Positions 26,287 through 35,730 of a stretch of 38,723 nt of DNA are shown here, piece after piece. The notes under the pieces were generated by a model. The model made no database searches, was not told where the DNA came from, and saw only the letters and a program-made list of their open reading frames with translations. The stretch spans positions 1 to 38,723 of the IMG/VR virus record IMGVR_UViG_3300023214_000277; one strand, 5' to 3'. The translations under genes were made by a program, and so were the position numbers. Positions within the stretch are counted from its first letter, which is position 1; every line of letters starts with the position of its first letter. Source of the stretch: a virus. Lineage: Duplodnaviria; Caudoviricetes.

Positions 26287-26963
26287 GGCGCCAAGATCCT
26301 CAGTTCGCGACTGAGATTGTCGGGATCCCATACAAATCCTCCCTCGCTGTCACACGGGCCCGTGCATTCACCACTGCTGGTATGACTGCCGAACCAGCCG
26401 GTATCGGTGACATCCTGCCAATCCACCGTTGGATCGTTTTGGTTGAAAGGGATATTGAGATTGTCGACCCACTTAACTATCGGGTCCAGCGTAAAGCGAG
26501 GTCGGCTGGCGATCGTCGCGTCGGTCCCATCATTACAGCGGCAGAGGATGTCGCCGTCGGCGTCGCGCGTGGCTCGGTAGACTTCGATCTTGTGAATCGA
26601 TTGCTCGCTGTTGATGCACGCGCTACATATGCCGGGACTGTGGATCGGCTGCCAACCGACGAACGCGACAAACGTATCAAAGATCGTTGATTCGGGACCA
26701 CATCCCCAGAAGGAAGCTCCGTGATCGTAGACCCAAGCGCAACGAGTGGCGCAATAGTTGTCTCCGAAAATGTTATAAATGCCGATGATACCGAAATTGG
26801 TTAGACTGAAACTGGCGTTCAAAACGCTGAAATCGCAGTTGCACTCGTCTTCTCCGCAATCAATAAAACCGCTGTGGCGCAGCTCGACCGATCCGATCAG
26901 GCCGTCCCAGTACGGACAATGTTTCGTGGGCGGGCAAAGACAACAACAGGGCCACTGGGCCAT
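26283..26963 (-). CDS. Cys-rich putative tail-end protein
   Basis: 226 aa, 17 Cys, begins PCCCLC; at end of tail operon. Confidence 0.6.
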   Translation of the reverse strand: MAQWPCCCLCPPTKHCPYWDGLIGSVELRHSGFIDCGEDECNCDFSVLNASFSLTNFGIIGIYNIFGDNYCATRCAWVYDHGASFWGCGPESTIFDTFVAFVGWQPIHSPGICSACINSEQSIHKIEVYRATRDADGDILCRCNDGTDATIASRPRFTLDPIVKWVDNLNIPFNQNDPTVDWQDVTDTGWFGSHTSSGECTGPCDSEGGFVWDPDNLSRELRILAP

Positions 26964-26966
26964 CGA

Positions 26967-27818
26967 TCATCCCTCCAGACAGCGTATTTGGGAGGCGTAA
27001 AATCCTTGCGACTGTACTTCGCGCCAGCGCACCTCAATTTTGTCTCCAGCATTTCCTCCCATGCCGAACTCGTTGGTGACTGTGGCGGACCCGGGACCGC
27101 CGAAGCCGTCCATCGCCACCATGTTGATGACACTGATGTTGGTGGCGCCGATGCCAAACGTCGTCTCAACCTCACCCAGCCAGGTTGTGGTCGGCTGGGC
27201 TGCGATGATGTGCCAGTAGCCTGACTGGTTATCCCACGCGAGCGCCACCCAGATATCGGACCAGATTTTGGTAAATAGCCGATTCATCACCGAGGTTGCA
27301 TCCAGCCCGGTATCGGCCGGCGTGCCGTTGCTCGCGTTGCTCCAGATGCGCACGGTGCCTTGGCTGCCATTGGTCAGGTCGCTATCTGGTTTTCCCCACA
27401 GTATGCCGGGCTGCTCGATCGGCAGCCAGACTTGATGGTTGGTGTCGTAATAACAGATCCTCCATTCGCCTTCCAGATAGATGCCGCGTGCGCGGGGTGC
27501 ACCGACCTGGTCGACGATCCGCTCATCGTCGAGTTGCGAATCATCCACGGAGTTAAGCCACGACGTGCCCAGCCGGCGGATGAGCTCTCCATCCTTGTCG
27601 ATCTGCTGGCCGTCAACATCTTCGGCCAGCTCGACCAGACCCATGCGCAGCCGCGAATGCGCGTCAACATGCTGACGCCCGCCTGCGTTGACGGTGGCCA
27701 GATTATTGCCACCGGCCAGCGTCTGATTCGCCCGCCGCACCAGCCGATTGTACCCGCTCACGCCGTCGGCCGAGATCGGATCTCCGGGGCGAACTGTTTT
27801 GATGGGGCTATCAGCCAT
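26967..27818 (-). CDS. Putative minor tail protein
   Basis: VRPGDPISA...YN N-terminus; position after tape measure. Confidence 0.6.
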   Translation of the reverse strand: MADSPIKTVRPGDPISADGVSGYNRLVRRANQTLAGGNNLATVNAGGRQHVDAHSRLRMGLVELAEDVDGQQIDKDGELIRRLGTSWLNSVDDSQLDDERIVDQVGAPRARGIYLEGEWRICYYDTNHQVWLPIEQPGILWGKPDSDLTNGSQGTVRIWSNASNGTPADTGLDATSVMNRLFTKIWSDIWVALAWDNQSGYWHIIAAQPTTTWLGEVETTFGIGATNISVINMVAMDGFGGPGSATVTNEFGMGGNAGDKIEVRWREVQSQGFYASQIRCLEG

Positions 27819-27883
27819 GTCGGGTCACCATCGGTAATGTTAGATAACGGTGCACTGGTCTATTCCGGGGCTGCATCATGGGA

Positions 27884-28135
27884 TCACCCCGGAACGAAAT
27901 GAACGATGCCCTTGGCCTTGTCGTGGTTTGTGAGCCATAGCAGATACACATCGACTTGCAGGTCCACGACAATCAACAGAATCGCCGGCCGGTCGGCCAA
28001 TGCCTGCCCGCCGTCATCACGCACGATCAGCGAATCGGAACCAACCTGGGCAACACGTATGCGAGGGCCATTGTCGAGATCGAGGTAAACCTCCACCTCG
28101 GACGAACAGCCACTTTCAACGCGCGATTCGAGCAT
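27884..28135 (-). CDS. Small hypothetical protein inserted in tail module
   Basis: 83-aa beta-rich ORF flanked by non-coding spacers. Confidence 0.55.
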   Translation of the reverse strand: MLESRVESGCSSEVEVYLDLDNGPRIRVAQVGSDSLIVRDDGGQALADRPAILLIVVDLQVDVYLLWLTNHDKAKGIVHFVPG

Positions 28136-28171
28136 ACTGCAACCCAGCGATCATGCAAACGGACTCACAAG

Positions 28172-28207
28172 CGACACAAAGACATTAGTCGACACAAAGA
28201 CATTAGT
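28172..28207 (+). repeat. Perfect 18-bp tandem duplication
   Basis: CGACACAAAGACATTAGT x2. Confidence 0.95.
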
Positions 28208-29075
28208 TCTCGGTCGTAAACAGATCATCGAAATCGCCGTTATCATACGGTCCGTCTCCGGCGGTCGGCGGGTCGCCGTCGATCTTGGCGCCGATCAACT
28301 CCCACCCGTCATCCTCGCGAAAGAGCTTGTTCCAGCTATTCGACGCGGTGGTCGTCTTCTCAGCGAAGACCAACTCCAGGTCATAAAGCGTGGCGTTTTC
28401 ACCGAACTCGAACTGCGTTGATATTCGGGCACCGAGAAATAGCAGGTTCCCCTGCGGCGCAATATCGAGGTTGGGCAGGATCACATTGAAAGCGTTGACC
28501 TTGCCGGCCAGGTCGCGGATGGCGGTGACCGGCGGATCGGGATGTCGCTGATAGCGCACCGTATGGTTGACGATGCTGATCATCCGGCCGACGTTCATAT
28601 CCGACTTCAGCGGCGCATCGTCACTATCCCACAACCACTGGCTGCCCGGCACGGTCAGCACTTCGCTCGATACGTCCGCGCCGTAATCGATCAGCGTGCC
28701 CGGAATGATCCCACCCCAACCCTCGCCACTCCCCTCGGTCTGCGCGTTGCTGTGGGTCTGGTATTCGGCAGATAGTAGCACGCCGCCGGGAAAGCGATTT
28801 GTGCCATTTTGCAAGCTTGTGGCTGTCCCGTCGATCTTTTCGCCGTCCAGCGGCTCGGCACTGACACTGGTGACCAGCGCTTGCGGGAAGCCGGGAAACG
28901 GGATACCCTCAGTGAAGGTGATCTGCCCGCCGACGCGCGTATAACTGCCCAGCAACTGCTTGGCCAGCGCGACCGCATCGGCGTCGGCGACCACGAACAG
29001 GCGACGTCCGCGAAAGCCGCCGGTCCCCAGAGACCACGTGGGCGAGCCTTCGAATTCCTCAAATGCGATGGTCAT
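28203..29075 (-). CDS. Putative distal tail protein
   Basis: 290 aa; first same-strand gene after tape measure. Confidence 0.6.
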   Translation of the reverse strand: MTIAFEEFEGSPTWSLGTGGFRGRRLFVVADADAVALAKQLLGSYTRVGGQITFTEGIPFPGFPQALVTSVSAEPLDGEKIDGTATSLQNGTNRFPGGVLLSAEYQTHSNAQTEGSGEGWGGIIPGTLIDYGADVSSEVLTVPGSQWLWDSDDAPLKSDMNVGRMISIVNHTVRYQRHPDPPVTAIRDLAGKVNAFNVILPNLDIAPQGNLLFLGARISTQFEFGENATLYDLELVFAEKTTTASNSWNKLFREDDGWELIGAKIDGDPPTAGDGPYDNGDFDDLFTTEN

Positions 29076-29110
29076 GTTGGTTTGTTGAACTGAAACACAA
29101 GGAGATGGTC

Positions 29111-29527
29111 ATGGGACGCAGCGTAATGGTACGTGGTATTGTTTGGGTTGGTCTGTTTGTCTCGCTGGCCGGATGCGGCCGGCCGCCGGTATCGCAGTTG
29201 ACGACCCCAGTCGAGCCGCCGGCCGGGTTCGACGAATTCCGCCGCTGGGTCCTGGAGGATTACCATAGTCCGATCGACGGGCGGCGCTTGGTTTCGGATG
29301 TCACGTTTCGATCACCGAACACCGCGCGAATTGAAATTATTCCCGAGTCCTGTCCCGCGCCCCCCGACGATGATTGGCTGCTGCCGCTGTTGGCCCTCTA
29401 TGCGCGCCATTGGCTGGTTGATGCTCATCCCACGTCCGCGACATGCGCGCTGGTGTTGTCCGACGACCACGTTGTCGCATCGATCACCTACCATCGGCGC
29501 CGGCTGAGCATGGTGAACCCTAATTAA
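29111..29527 (+). CDS. Antisense-oriented lipoprotein (moron)
   Basis: AGGAG RBS; signal peptide with lipobox LAG-C. Confidence 0.7.
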   Translation: MGRSVMVRGIVWVGLFVSLAGCGRPPVSQLTTPVEPPAGFDEFRRWVLEDYHSPIDGRRLVSDVTFRSPNTARIEIIPESCPAPPDDDWLLPLLALYARHWLVDAHPTSATCALVLSDDHVVASITYHRRRLSMVNPN

Positions 29528-31106
29528 AACTGGCTCTCAGCTCACTGAGCCGGCTAAGGGACTTGCTGATTTTGCCAAGCAATTCATTGCGGTCCTCGTC
29601 TAGTTTTTTGAGCGCCGCGGCCCGCCGCTCTTCCTCGCTGTTGGAGCGTATGCTCTCTTGGATAGCGCGGGCGAAGTCCGCCGCACCAAAGTTTTGGAAA
29701 CCACGTTCTTGACGCTGATTCAGGGCGGCGATTTGACGGTCGACATCAGCCAGCGCGGCGTCATCGTTACTGAGTCGCTGCTCCACGGCCGCTATCTGCT
29801 TTCGCTCGCCTTCGGCGATCCGCGCCGCCGATCCGAACAGCAGGGGAAGCCCGCTTTTTTGCAGCGCGTCGGATATCGCGCTGATAATCGTGTCGGGATC
29901 GTCCAGCGCATCGGCGGTCGAGAATGCCGCCTGCAAGCCGGCGTCGGTCGCCCCGGATACCGCATCGGTGATGCCGCTGAGCAGCGGTCCTAATAGACTA
30001 TTGGACGTGGACTGCCGCTGCGCTTCATTGAGGCGCCTCTGAAAATCACGCACGATTACCGGCGAAGTTGCGAAATCAGGCAGCGCCGATGTTTGACGCT
30101 GTGGTGATGCGGCGAATCGCCTACGCTCGGCGTCGGTGGTCAGCGCAACCAAGCCCGCCACGTGATCGATTTCTTTCTGCGCCGCGTCGAATTTTCCCTG
30201 GTCGATCAGGCCTTGGACACGTTCGGGAAAGTTCAGCTTTCCGGTGACCGTGCGTCGACTGCTAGCGTTTTCTTTGCGCGCCTGCCGGCGTGCCAAAAGA
30301 TCGGTCGATGCTTTGGTGACATCACTGGGCGTGTCATGCAGGATTTCAAGCACGCGCAGCAGATCGCCGTCGGCCAGGGCATCGAGCATTTGATTGAGTC
30401 GCGGCAAGACCTCGGTAGCGATGTCGCGGCCCAATCCCGTCATCTCGGCGCGCAAATCCTGCATCGTATCTTGGAATTTCTGCGCGCCGGCCGACCCAGA
30501 TCGACCGAACGCCAGCCCGGTCTCTTCGACTTTAATGCGCGCCTCATCCAGCGTTGCGATCGTCAAGCGGATCAGGTCGACCCCCTCGGTATCGAATATC
30601 TTGAAGGCAGCGCGGATCCGGTCGTTGCGCGGTAGTTGCTGTAGCGCCGCGATGATCTCGCGGAATGTCTGCGCCGGGTTCTGTTTGTTCAGCCGCCGCG
30701 CGTCGAGGTTCAGCTCGCGCAGCACGTCCCGCGCCTCCCCCATCCCTCGCGCCGCCTCCGCAACCCGGCGAATCATGCGCTGTATCGCCGTGTTGATCGT
30801 TCCCTCGGCGATCCCCTCGCGGCCGGCGGCGAACTGCAGCGCGACCAGGGCCTTTTCGCTGACCCCCAGCTTGCGCGCCGCCTTGGCGATGCGGTCCATC
30901 TCGTCGGCGACGTCCGACAGAGCGCGAAACAGCGCCTGCGCGGTACGCACGGCGAACAGCGCTGCGATGGCGGATGCGGCGCGGGAAGCGAGTTGGCTGA
31001 GACGACCGAGTCGCTTGCCGTTGCGCTCCAGCGCGTCGGCCAACTTTTGGTCTTTGGCCGACAACCGGACAAAGGCGTCGGCCAGGAGGAATTTGGTCAA
31101 TGCCAT
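29520..31106 (-). CDS. Tape measure protein
   Basis: 528 aa, Ala-rich helical; MDRIAKAARKLG...LQFAA; follows the chaperone genes. Confidence 0.85.
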   Translation of the reverse strand: MALTKFLLADAFVRLSAKDQKLADALERNGKRLGRLSQLASRAASAIAALFAVRTAQALFRALSDVADEMDRIAKAARKLGVSEKALVALQFAAGREGIAEGTINTAIQRMIRRVAEAARGMGEARDVLRELNLDARRLNKQNPAQTFREIIAALQQLPRNDRIRAAFKIFDTEGVDLIRLTIATLDEARIKVEETGLAFGRSGSAGAQKFQDTMQDLRAEMTGLGRDIATEVLPRLNQMLDALADGDLLRVLEILHDTPSDVTKASTDLLARRQARKENASSRRTVTGKLNFPERVQGLIDQGKFDAAQKEIDHVAGLVALTTDAERRRFAASPQRQTSALPDFATSPVIVRDFQRRLNEAQRQSTSNSLLGPLLSGITDAVSGATDAGLQAAFSTADALDDPDTIISAISDALQKSGLPLLFGSAARIAEGERKQIAAVEQRLSNDDAALADVDRQIAALNQRQERGFQNFGAADFARAIQESIRSNSEEERRAAALKKLDEDRNELLGKISKSLSRLSELRASFN

Positions 31107-31378
31107 CAGATGCGCCTCATATGCCTTGCGATCCAGTCGTCGAGGTCGGCTTTGCGCGCCGCGGCGCGGCTGCGCGCCACCTCGCGGTTGCGGGTCGCGC
31201 GGTGGCGTCCCTCATCGTCCAGCGCGCGGTAGTGCGTCAGGACTTGGGCCAGCGTCATCGCTCCGATGTCGGCTTGGGTCCAGCCGTTTTTTTCCGCCAG
31301 CGACTGCGAAACTTCGCGCCAAGGGATGCCGTCGTCCGTGTGATCCTCCGCGCCATCCTCCTGAGGCGCGAGCGGAAG
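31106..31378 (-). CDS. -1 frame extension of tail assembly chaperone (gpGT-like; not in ORF track)
   Basis: Hand translation LPLAPQED...IPWREVSQSLAEKNGWTQADIGAMTLAQV...HMRRI; stop overlaps the TMP ATG. Confidence 0.8.
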   Translation of the reverse strand, partial: LPLAPQEDGAEDHTDDGIPWREVSQSLAEKNGWTQADIGAMTLAQVLTHYRALDDEGRHRATRNREVARSRAAARKADLDDWIARHMRRI

Positions 31379-31806
31379 TTTCCCACCGGCATCCCGTCGG
31401 CGGTCGCGTCGGCCATGGCGAAGGCCTCCACCTCCTCATCGCGCATCGAGGTCAATAATCGATCGACGTCCGCTTCGGTCAACTCAGGATGGTATCTGCG
31501 AAATCGCAGCCAGTTGCGAAACGACTCGCCCCGAGGCGTTTCGTACCAGGCCAACACGTCCTTGAGTGTCACCTGGTTGCCGCCGCGGTAGTCGCGATAG
31601 GCGATCGCCAATAGCTGCTGGGCCTGCTTCTCGTCGGCGTCGGCCTCTCGCAGCACGCGCAGCGCCGCGGCGCCGGGCGACTCCAACGACAACTCGATCT
31701 TACCGGCCGCCTCGGCATGATCGCGCAGCGTCAACGTCGTCAGCCGATACGGCCGGCCGTCGATCTGCACCGATACGGTCGGTGGAAACTGTTCGGTAAG
31801 ATTCAT
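31255..31806 (-). CDS. Tail assembly chaperone (gpG-like)
   Basis: Between tail tube and TMP; in-frame slippery heptamer G GGA AAC. Confidence 0.8.
   Translation of the reverse strand: MNLTEQFPPTVSVQIDGRPYRLTTLTLRDHAEAAGKIELSLESPGAAALRVLREADADEKQAQQLLAIAYRDYRGGNQVTLKDVLAWYETPRGESFRNWLRFRRYHPELTEADVDRLLTSMRDEEVEAFAMADATADGMPVGNFRSRLRRMARRITRTTASLGAKFRSRWRKKTAGPKPTSER
31378..31384 (-). other. Programmed -1 ribosomal frameshift site GGGAAAC
   Basis: X XXY YYZ pattern in the correct phase; -1 frame open to 31106. Confidence 0.8.
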
Positions 31807-31875
31807 AACATCCTAACAAACCGAAGGGTGCTGCAAATTAGGACGAAAAGCCGACATCCGTGCCGACGCGCCGGA

Positions 31876-32265
31876 TCAGGCATACGTCGGCTTGGTGATC
31901 GCCGCGGTTCCGCTGAAGCTGGCGGTACCGCCGATGAATTCGCCGTCGTTAATGTCGACGTCGTCCCAGGCAATTTCGTCGATGATCGCCGGCACGGTAT
32001 AGAAACGCGTGTCGTCGAGATACAACTTGAGCGTGACCGCCGATCCCTCGTCAAAGTCGTCGGTGATCGGGTCGGCGTCGTCGAGGGTGAAGGAAATCGA
32101 ACCGCTCGAATCCTTCACGCCCGCGGTGCGCGTCTTCCAACCGGAGGTGCCCGAGGTGGCCCGCGCCGGATTGTTGGAACTGGTCGTCAACTGCCAGGAG
32201 TGGATGTGGGCCAGCTCCGTGCCGCCGATTTCGACCTTGCCGTCTTTGCCGCTCAGCGTTGCCAT
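31876..32265 (-). CDS. Major tail tube protein
   Basis: LSGKDGKV...SW...WKTRTAGVKDSSGSI...FSGT; AAGGAG RBS. Confidence 0.8.
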   Translation of the reverse strand: MATLSGKDGKVEIGGTELAHIHSWQLTTSSNNPARATSGTSGWKTRTAGVKDSSGSISFTLDDADPITDDFDEGSAVTLKLYLDDTRFYTVPAIIDEIAWDDVDINDGEFIGGTASFSGTAAITKPTYA

Positions 32266-32329
32266 GGTTTGGGTCTCCTTGTTAGATTGTTAGAACTGGG
32301 GGAGCGCGGCTCACATCGACCACGATCTC

Positions 32330-32845
32330 TTAGGCGAGGCCCAGCAGCGCGATTTTGTAATCGACCGATCCGGCCCCGTCGTTGGTGATGCGCAGGATAT
32401 CGGCGGTGCCCGAAGTGACCGCCCAGCCGCTCAACACGTTGGCCAGCACTAAGGGACTACTGGCGGGGATCTCGATTTTGCTGGTGGCCGACGCATTGAA
32501 CGGAGTGACGATACTGTTGGAGACCGACGAATCGATATAAAGATCATCGCCGTCGGTCGTCGAGGTATTGTGAATCAGGATCGCCTTGAGAATCGAAAAG
32601 CTCGACGTAACCGACGTACCGAAGATGGTGCGCGTCAGCGCCGTCAAATCGAGATCGTCGTTGGAGGCTGCCGACAACGAACGTGAGTCGTGCCACAACT
32701 CATTGACCTGATTGTCGCCGGTGCCGTTGGCCAACGACACCGTAAAGTTGATGCTGGCCACATCGTCGACGCTCGACAGATCGAGCGCCTCGGTCTGGTT
32801 CCACTTCAACAGCGCTTGCAGCGTGCCGGTCACAATATCAGCCAT
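32330..32845 (-). CDS. Putative virion structural protein
   Basis: 171 aa, Ser/Thr/Asp-rich, upstream of tail tube. Confidence 0.6.
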   Translation of the reverse strand: MADIVTGTLQALLKWNQTEALDLSSVDDVASINFTVSLANGTGDNQVNELWHDSRSLSAASNDDLDLTALTRTIFGTSVTSSFSILKAILIHNTSTTDGDDLYIDSSVSNSIVTPFNASATSKIEIPASSPLVLANVLSGWAVTSGTADILRITNDGAGSVDYKIALLGLA

Positions 32846-33263
32846 GGGTCGCGGTCCTCACAAGAAAAGTTACGTCGATGTTATACATACCGCCGGCGTC
32901 GGTCTCTTCGCGATCCTGGCGCTTGACGTCATGGATCGTCAGCCCGTCTCCCCGGATCGTCGGGCGCCGGAATCGCTCTTCCAGCGTATCGATCAGTTGC
33001 TTGGCCTTCGACAGATTGAAGTGCCACAGCGAAAAAACATACGTCTTACTAATCAGATCGATGCCGCTGCTGGCGGCGCGGATATCTCCGTCCGGACCGC
33101 TCAACAGCGCCAAATACGGCACGTCCCCGCGTTCGACGGGCACGCCATCTTCGTCGAGTGGCGGAACCCGCAGGGTAAAAAAACGGTCCGCTCCTAACAG
33201 ATCCGTCAAGGGACGGTAGGTGACATAATGGCGCCGCAAAAGCTGTTCGACCGAATCGCTCAT
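32838..33263 (-). CDS. Putative tail terminator/completion protein
   Basis: ATGA overlap; size, position and VPY motif. Confidence 0.55.
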   Translation of the reverse strand: MSDSVEQLLRRHYVTYRPLTDLLGADRFFTLRVPPLDEDGVPVERGDVPYLALLSGPDGDIRAASSGIDLISKTYVFSLWHFNLSKAKQLIDTLEERFRRPTIRGDGLTIHDVKRQDREETDAGGMYNIDVTFLVRTATHG

Positions 33264-33691
33264 CGTCGCCACCCTCCGGTTGCCGCCAACTCCGCAATGC
33301 GGGCACGGTTCTGATTCAGCGCCTTGACCAGGTGCGGACGCTGGCGGAACAGTTCTAAAATCAGCATGTGCCGGCCGCTGCGGCGCCATCCGACACGGCT
33401 GGTCAATGATGCCGAGTCATGCTCGGTAGCGATGCTCCGCTGACCTTGCCCGGTGCGCTTATGCGGCGACTGTCCGGGACGGCTGGGGTTGGTGTAGATC
33501 GTGCGCGTGCGCCGATTGCCGCGCGCCGTGCGCCGCTTGACGCGCACCTTTTTCGGTCCCGCCGAGGTGTTCACCAGTCCCTGTGCTTGCTTGACCAAAA
33601 ACTGTGCGGCGAGCTGGACTCCTACCGATTCGCGCCGTCGCGCTTCGGCCAAAAATTTGCGGCGATTGTCTTTTAGGATGCGAAGAGCCAA
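33260..33691 (-). CDS. HK97 gp10-like tail completion protein
   Basis: TTG start after GAGGAGG; SRPGQSPHKRTGQGQRSI, LE and RPHL motifs. Confidence 0.7.
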   Translation of the reverse strand: MALRILKDNRRKFLAEARRRESVGVQLAAQFLVKQAQGLVNTSAGPKKVRVKRRTARGNRRTRTIYTNPSRPGQSPHKRTGQGQRSIATEHDSASLTSRVGWRRSGRHMLILELFRQRPHLVKALNQNRARIAELAATGGWRR

Positions 33692-34323
33692 GGCGTCCTC
33701 CTCGCGATCACGCTTTGCAACTCGCCGATCTCGGTCGGTTCGATTGATTCGATCATATACGTATTGCCGTCGGTATCGACCAGGTAATGGACGGCCAACA
33801 GCGCCAGCGCCGTCTCGACGCGAATCACATACGATCCGTCGACATAGCGCGTGTTCCGCTCTTCGGCCATGTCGCGGGTCAACGTCTCGATGTGTGCGCG
33901 CACCGGCCCGGTAACATCGCGTGGTGCGTACTGGGGTTCTCCGTGCGCGCCATGCGTAACGTGCGACTCGATGACTCGCACGTGATCCGTCAGTCCCGCC
34001 TCCAGTGCCAGGTTGCGGGTGTTGCACTTCCAGACCGACCGTTCAACTTGGCGGACCAGCTCGAAAATGGTCCAGACTTCGGCGCGGGCATCGGTGATCG
34101 TCGAGCCTAGCGCGATGTCGGCCACATGCTCCGATTCGGGAAACTGCCATACCGTCAGCCTACGCAAGGTTCCAGCCGAGTTATCGACCGGCTCGTGCTC
34201 GATGGCCGCTTGATGCGCGTAGGAAATCGTGCTGGTGACTCCGGCGCGGTCGGTAAGGGTCACCTGCTCGGTACCGTCGACCACGTCGCGAAAATCGTTA
34301 TCGACTTGGAGTGTGACCATCAC
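33673..34323 (-). CDS. Putative head-tail adaptor/closure protein (two tandem beta domains)
   Basis: 216 aa after capsid gene; HGAHGEPQY and YMIESI segments. Confidence 0.55.
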   Translation of the reverse strand: MMVTLQVDNDFRDVVDGTEQVTLTDRAGVTSTISYAHQAAIEHEPVDNSAGTLRRLTVWQFPESEHVADIALGSTITDARAEVWTIFELVRQVERSVWKCNTRNLALEAGLTDHVRVIESHVTHGAHGEPQYAPRDVTGPVRAHIETLTRDMAEERNTRYVDGSYVIRVETALALLAVHYLVDTDGNTYMIESIEPTEIGELQSVIARRTPWLFAS

Positions 34324-34396
34324 GCCGTCTTTTGTTAGGAAATGATCTACAAAAGGTTGCCGATATCAACACACGATACTGATATCGACACCCCCG

Positions 34397-34438
34397 GGGC
34401 CGACGCAGCGCAGAGGTGCAGATGCGCTGCGCCGGCCC
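34397..34438 (-). terminator. Strong hairpin downstream of capsid gene (no U-tract)
   Basis: 16-bp stem GGGCCGACGCAGCGCA / TGCGCTGCGCCGGCCC with one G-U pair on the minus-strand RNA. Confidence 0.45.
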
Positions 34439-34483
34439 GCCGTCAGGTCAACCACAGTGAGGTATATCACTGCTTCACGCGGC

Positions 34484-35653
34484 TCACGACGGATCGTTAC
34501 GGACAATCGCACGCGGCTCGATCACCGCGGCGGCCCCGCGTTCGCGTGCTTTGAACGTCGCCACCACGTCGCGCATGAAGTTTTCGCCCGTGTCGCTGGT
34601 GTCTTGCACCACCGACAGCGGCCAGTTTTCGATATACGCGAATGCTCGCGTGATATCGCCCCAGTACCAGGTGTTGGCAGTGACCGACGCGGCCGATTGA
34701 CGATCGGCCAAAAGCTGCGAGGTCACGATTCGGAACGCGGGAATCGTGCCGTCATCGACCGGATTGGCGCTGGTGACCAGGGCGCTATCATCGCCGATCG
34801 CCGTGGCATTGCGCACCCGATTGGCCGTGGCGCGCAGGGCCGGAGGACAGACCAGGTGACGCGACGGCAAAATAAAGTGTTCGCCGGTGTCCGGGTCGGT
34901 CATCGCCAACAACACCAGCTCAGCATTGTCGATGTCGGTATAATCGGCCAGCACATTGACGCCAGCCTGGTTGTCCCAGGGCGTGGCGATCTGGTAGGTG
35001 GCATACGTCGTGCCGTCGACACGAAAACGGTGCGCCGTGGTATTGCCGTCGATCACCGCGTCGATCACGCGGATCTCTTTGTTGAGCGCCAGGCCCTCGC
35101 CGGCGAGCGCGGCGTTGCGCATCACGATGCCGGTCTGATCGAAAAACACGACTTCTTGAGTCACCTGAACCGCGAAGCCGCGCTTCTTGGTCTCGGGCGT
35201 CTCGATCTTCCGTTCGGCCATGCCGGCCAGAGGGTATGGCATCCCCTCATCAATCACCACCGCTTCATCGCCGGGAGTCGAGACCGCCGAAATCGTCTCC
35301 CGCGTCATGCTGGAGGGGATCGTCGGAATCAAGTCAGTGAAGACGCGCGGCACGGTGGCGAACGCCTCGCGCACCTTGGCCATCACGAACTGTTGGGTGA
35401 GGGTCACGAAGTCGGCCACCTTCACCGCGTCGGCCGTCTCCATGATGTCTTGCCAGGCGTGCGACTCGGCATGGGGATTGAGACTGTTGACCCACTCATG
35501 GCCGACGACGGACTCGGCCAGCCGGCGAATCGAAAGGTCGCCGCAGGTGACGCCGCTCCGCTCGTCGTCGATCGCCTCGCAAAGTTCCCGCATCGCCCGG
35601 TTGCGGTCGGCCACATAGAGCCGCCCAAATTGTCGATAACTGATCGCGCCCAT
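34484..35653 (-). CDS. Major capsid protein (HK97 fold)
   Basis: 389 aa; EGMPYP, KKRGFAVQVTQE..FFDQTG, LVCPPAL and WYWGD segments; head-module position. Confidence 0.85.
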   Translation of the reverse strand: MGAISYRQFGRLYVADRNRAMRELCEAIDDERSGVTCGDLSIRRLAESVVGHEWVNSLNPHAESHAWQDIMETADAVKVADFVTLTQQFVMAKVREAFATVPRVFTDLIPTIPSSMTRETISAVSTPGDEAVVIDEGMPYPLAGMAERKIETPETKKRGFAVQVTQEVVFFDQTGIVMRNAALAGEGLALNKEIRVIDAVIDGNTTAHRFRVDGTTYATYQIATPWDNQAGVNVLADYTDIDNAELVLLAMTDPDTGEHFILPSRHLVCPPALRATANRVRNATAIGDDSALVTSANPVDDGTIPAFRIVTSQLLADRQSAASVTANTWYWGDITRAFAYIENWPLSVVQDTSDTGENFMRDVVATFKARERGAAAVIEPRAIVRNDPS

Positions 35654-35730
35654 TATATGTGATTCCCCAGTGTTAGATGGATTGTTAGGATCGTATCATG
35701 CGGTCCGTCGCGCAGGTGCGCTCTGCTTAA

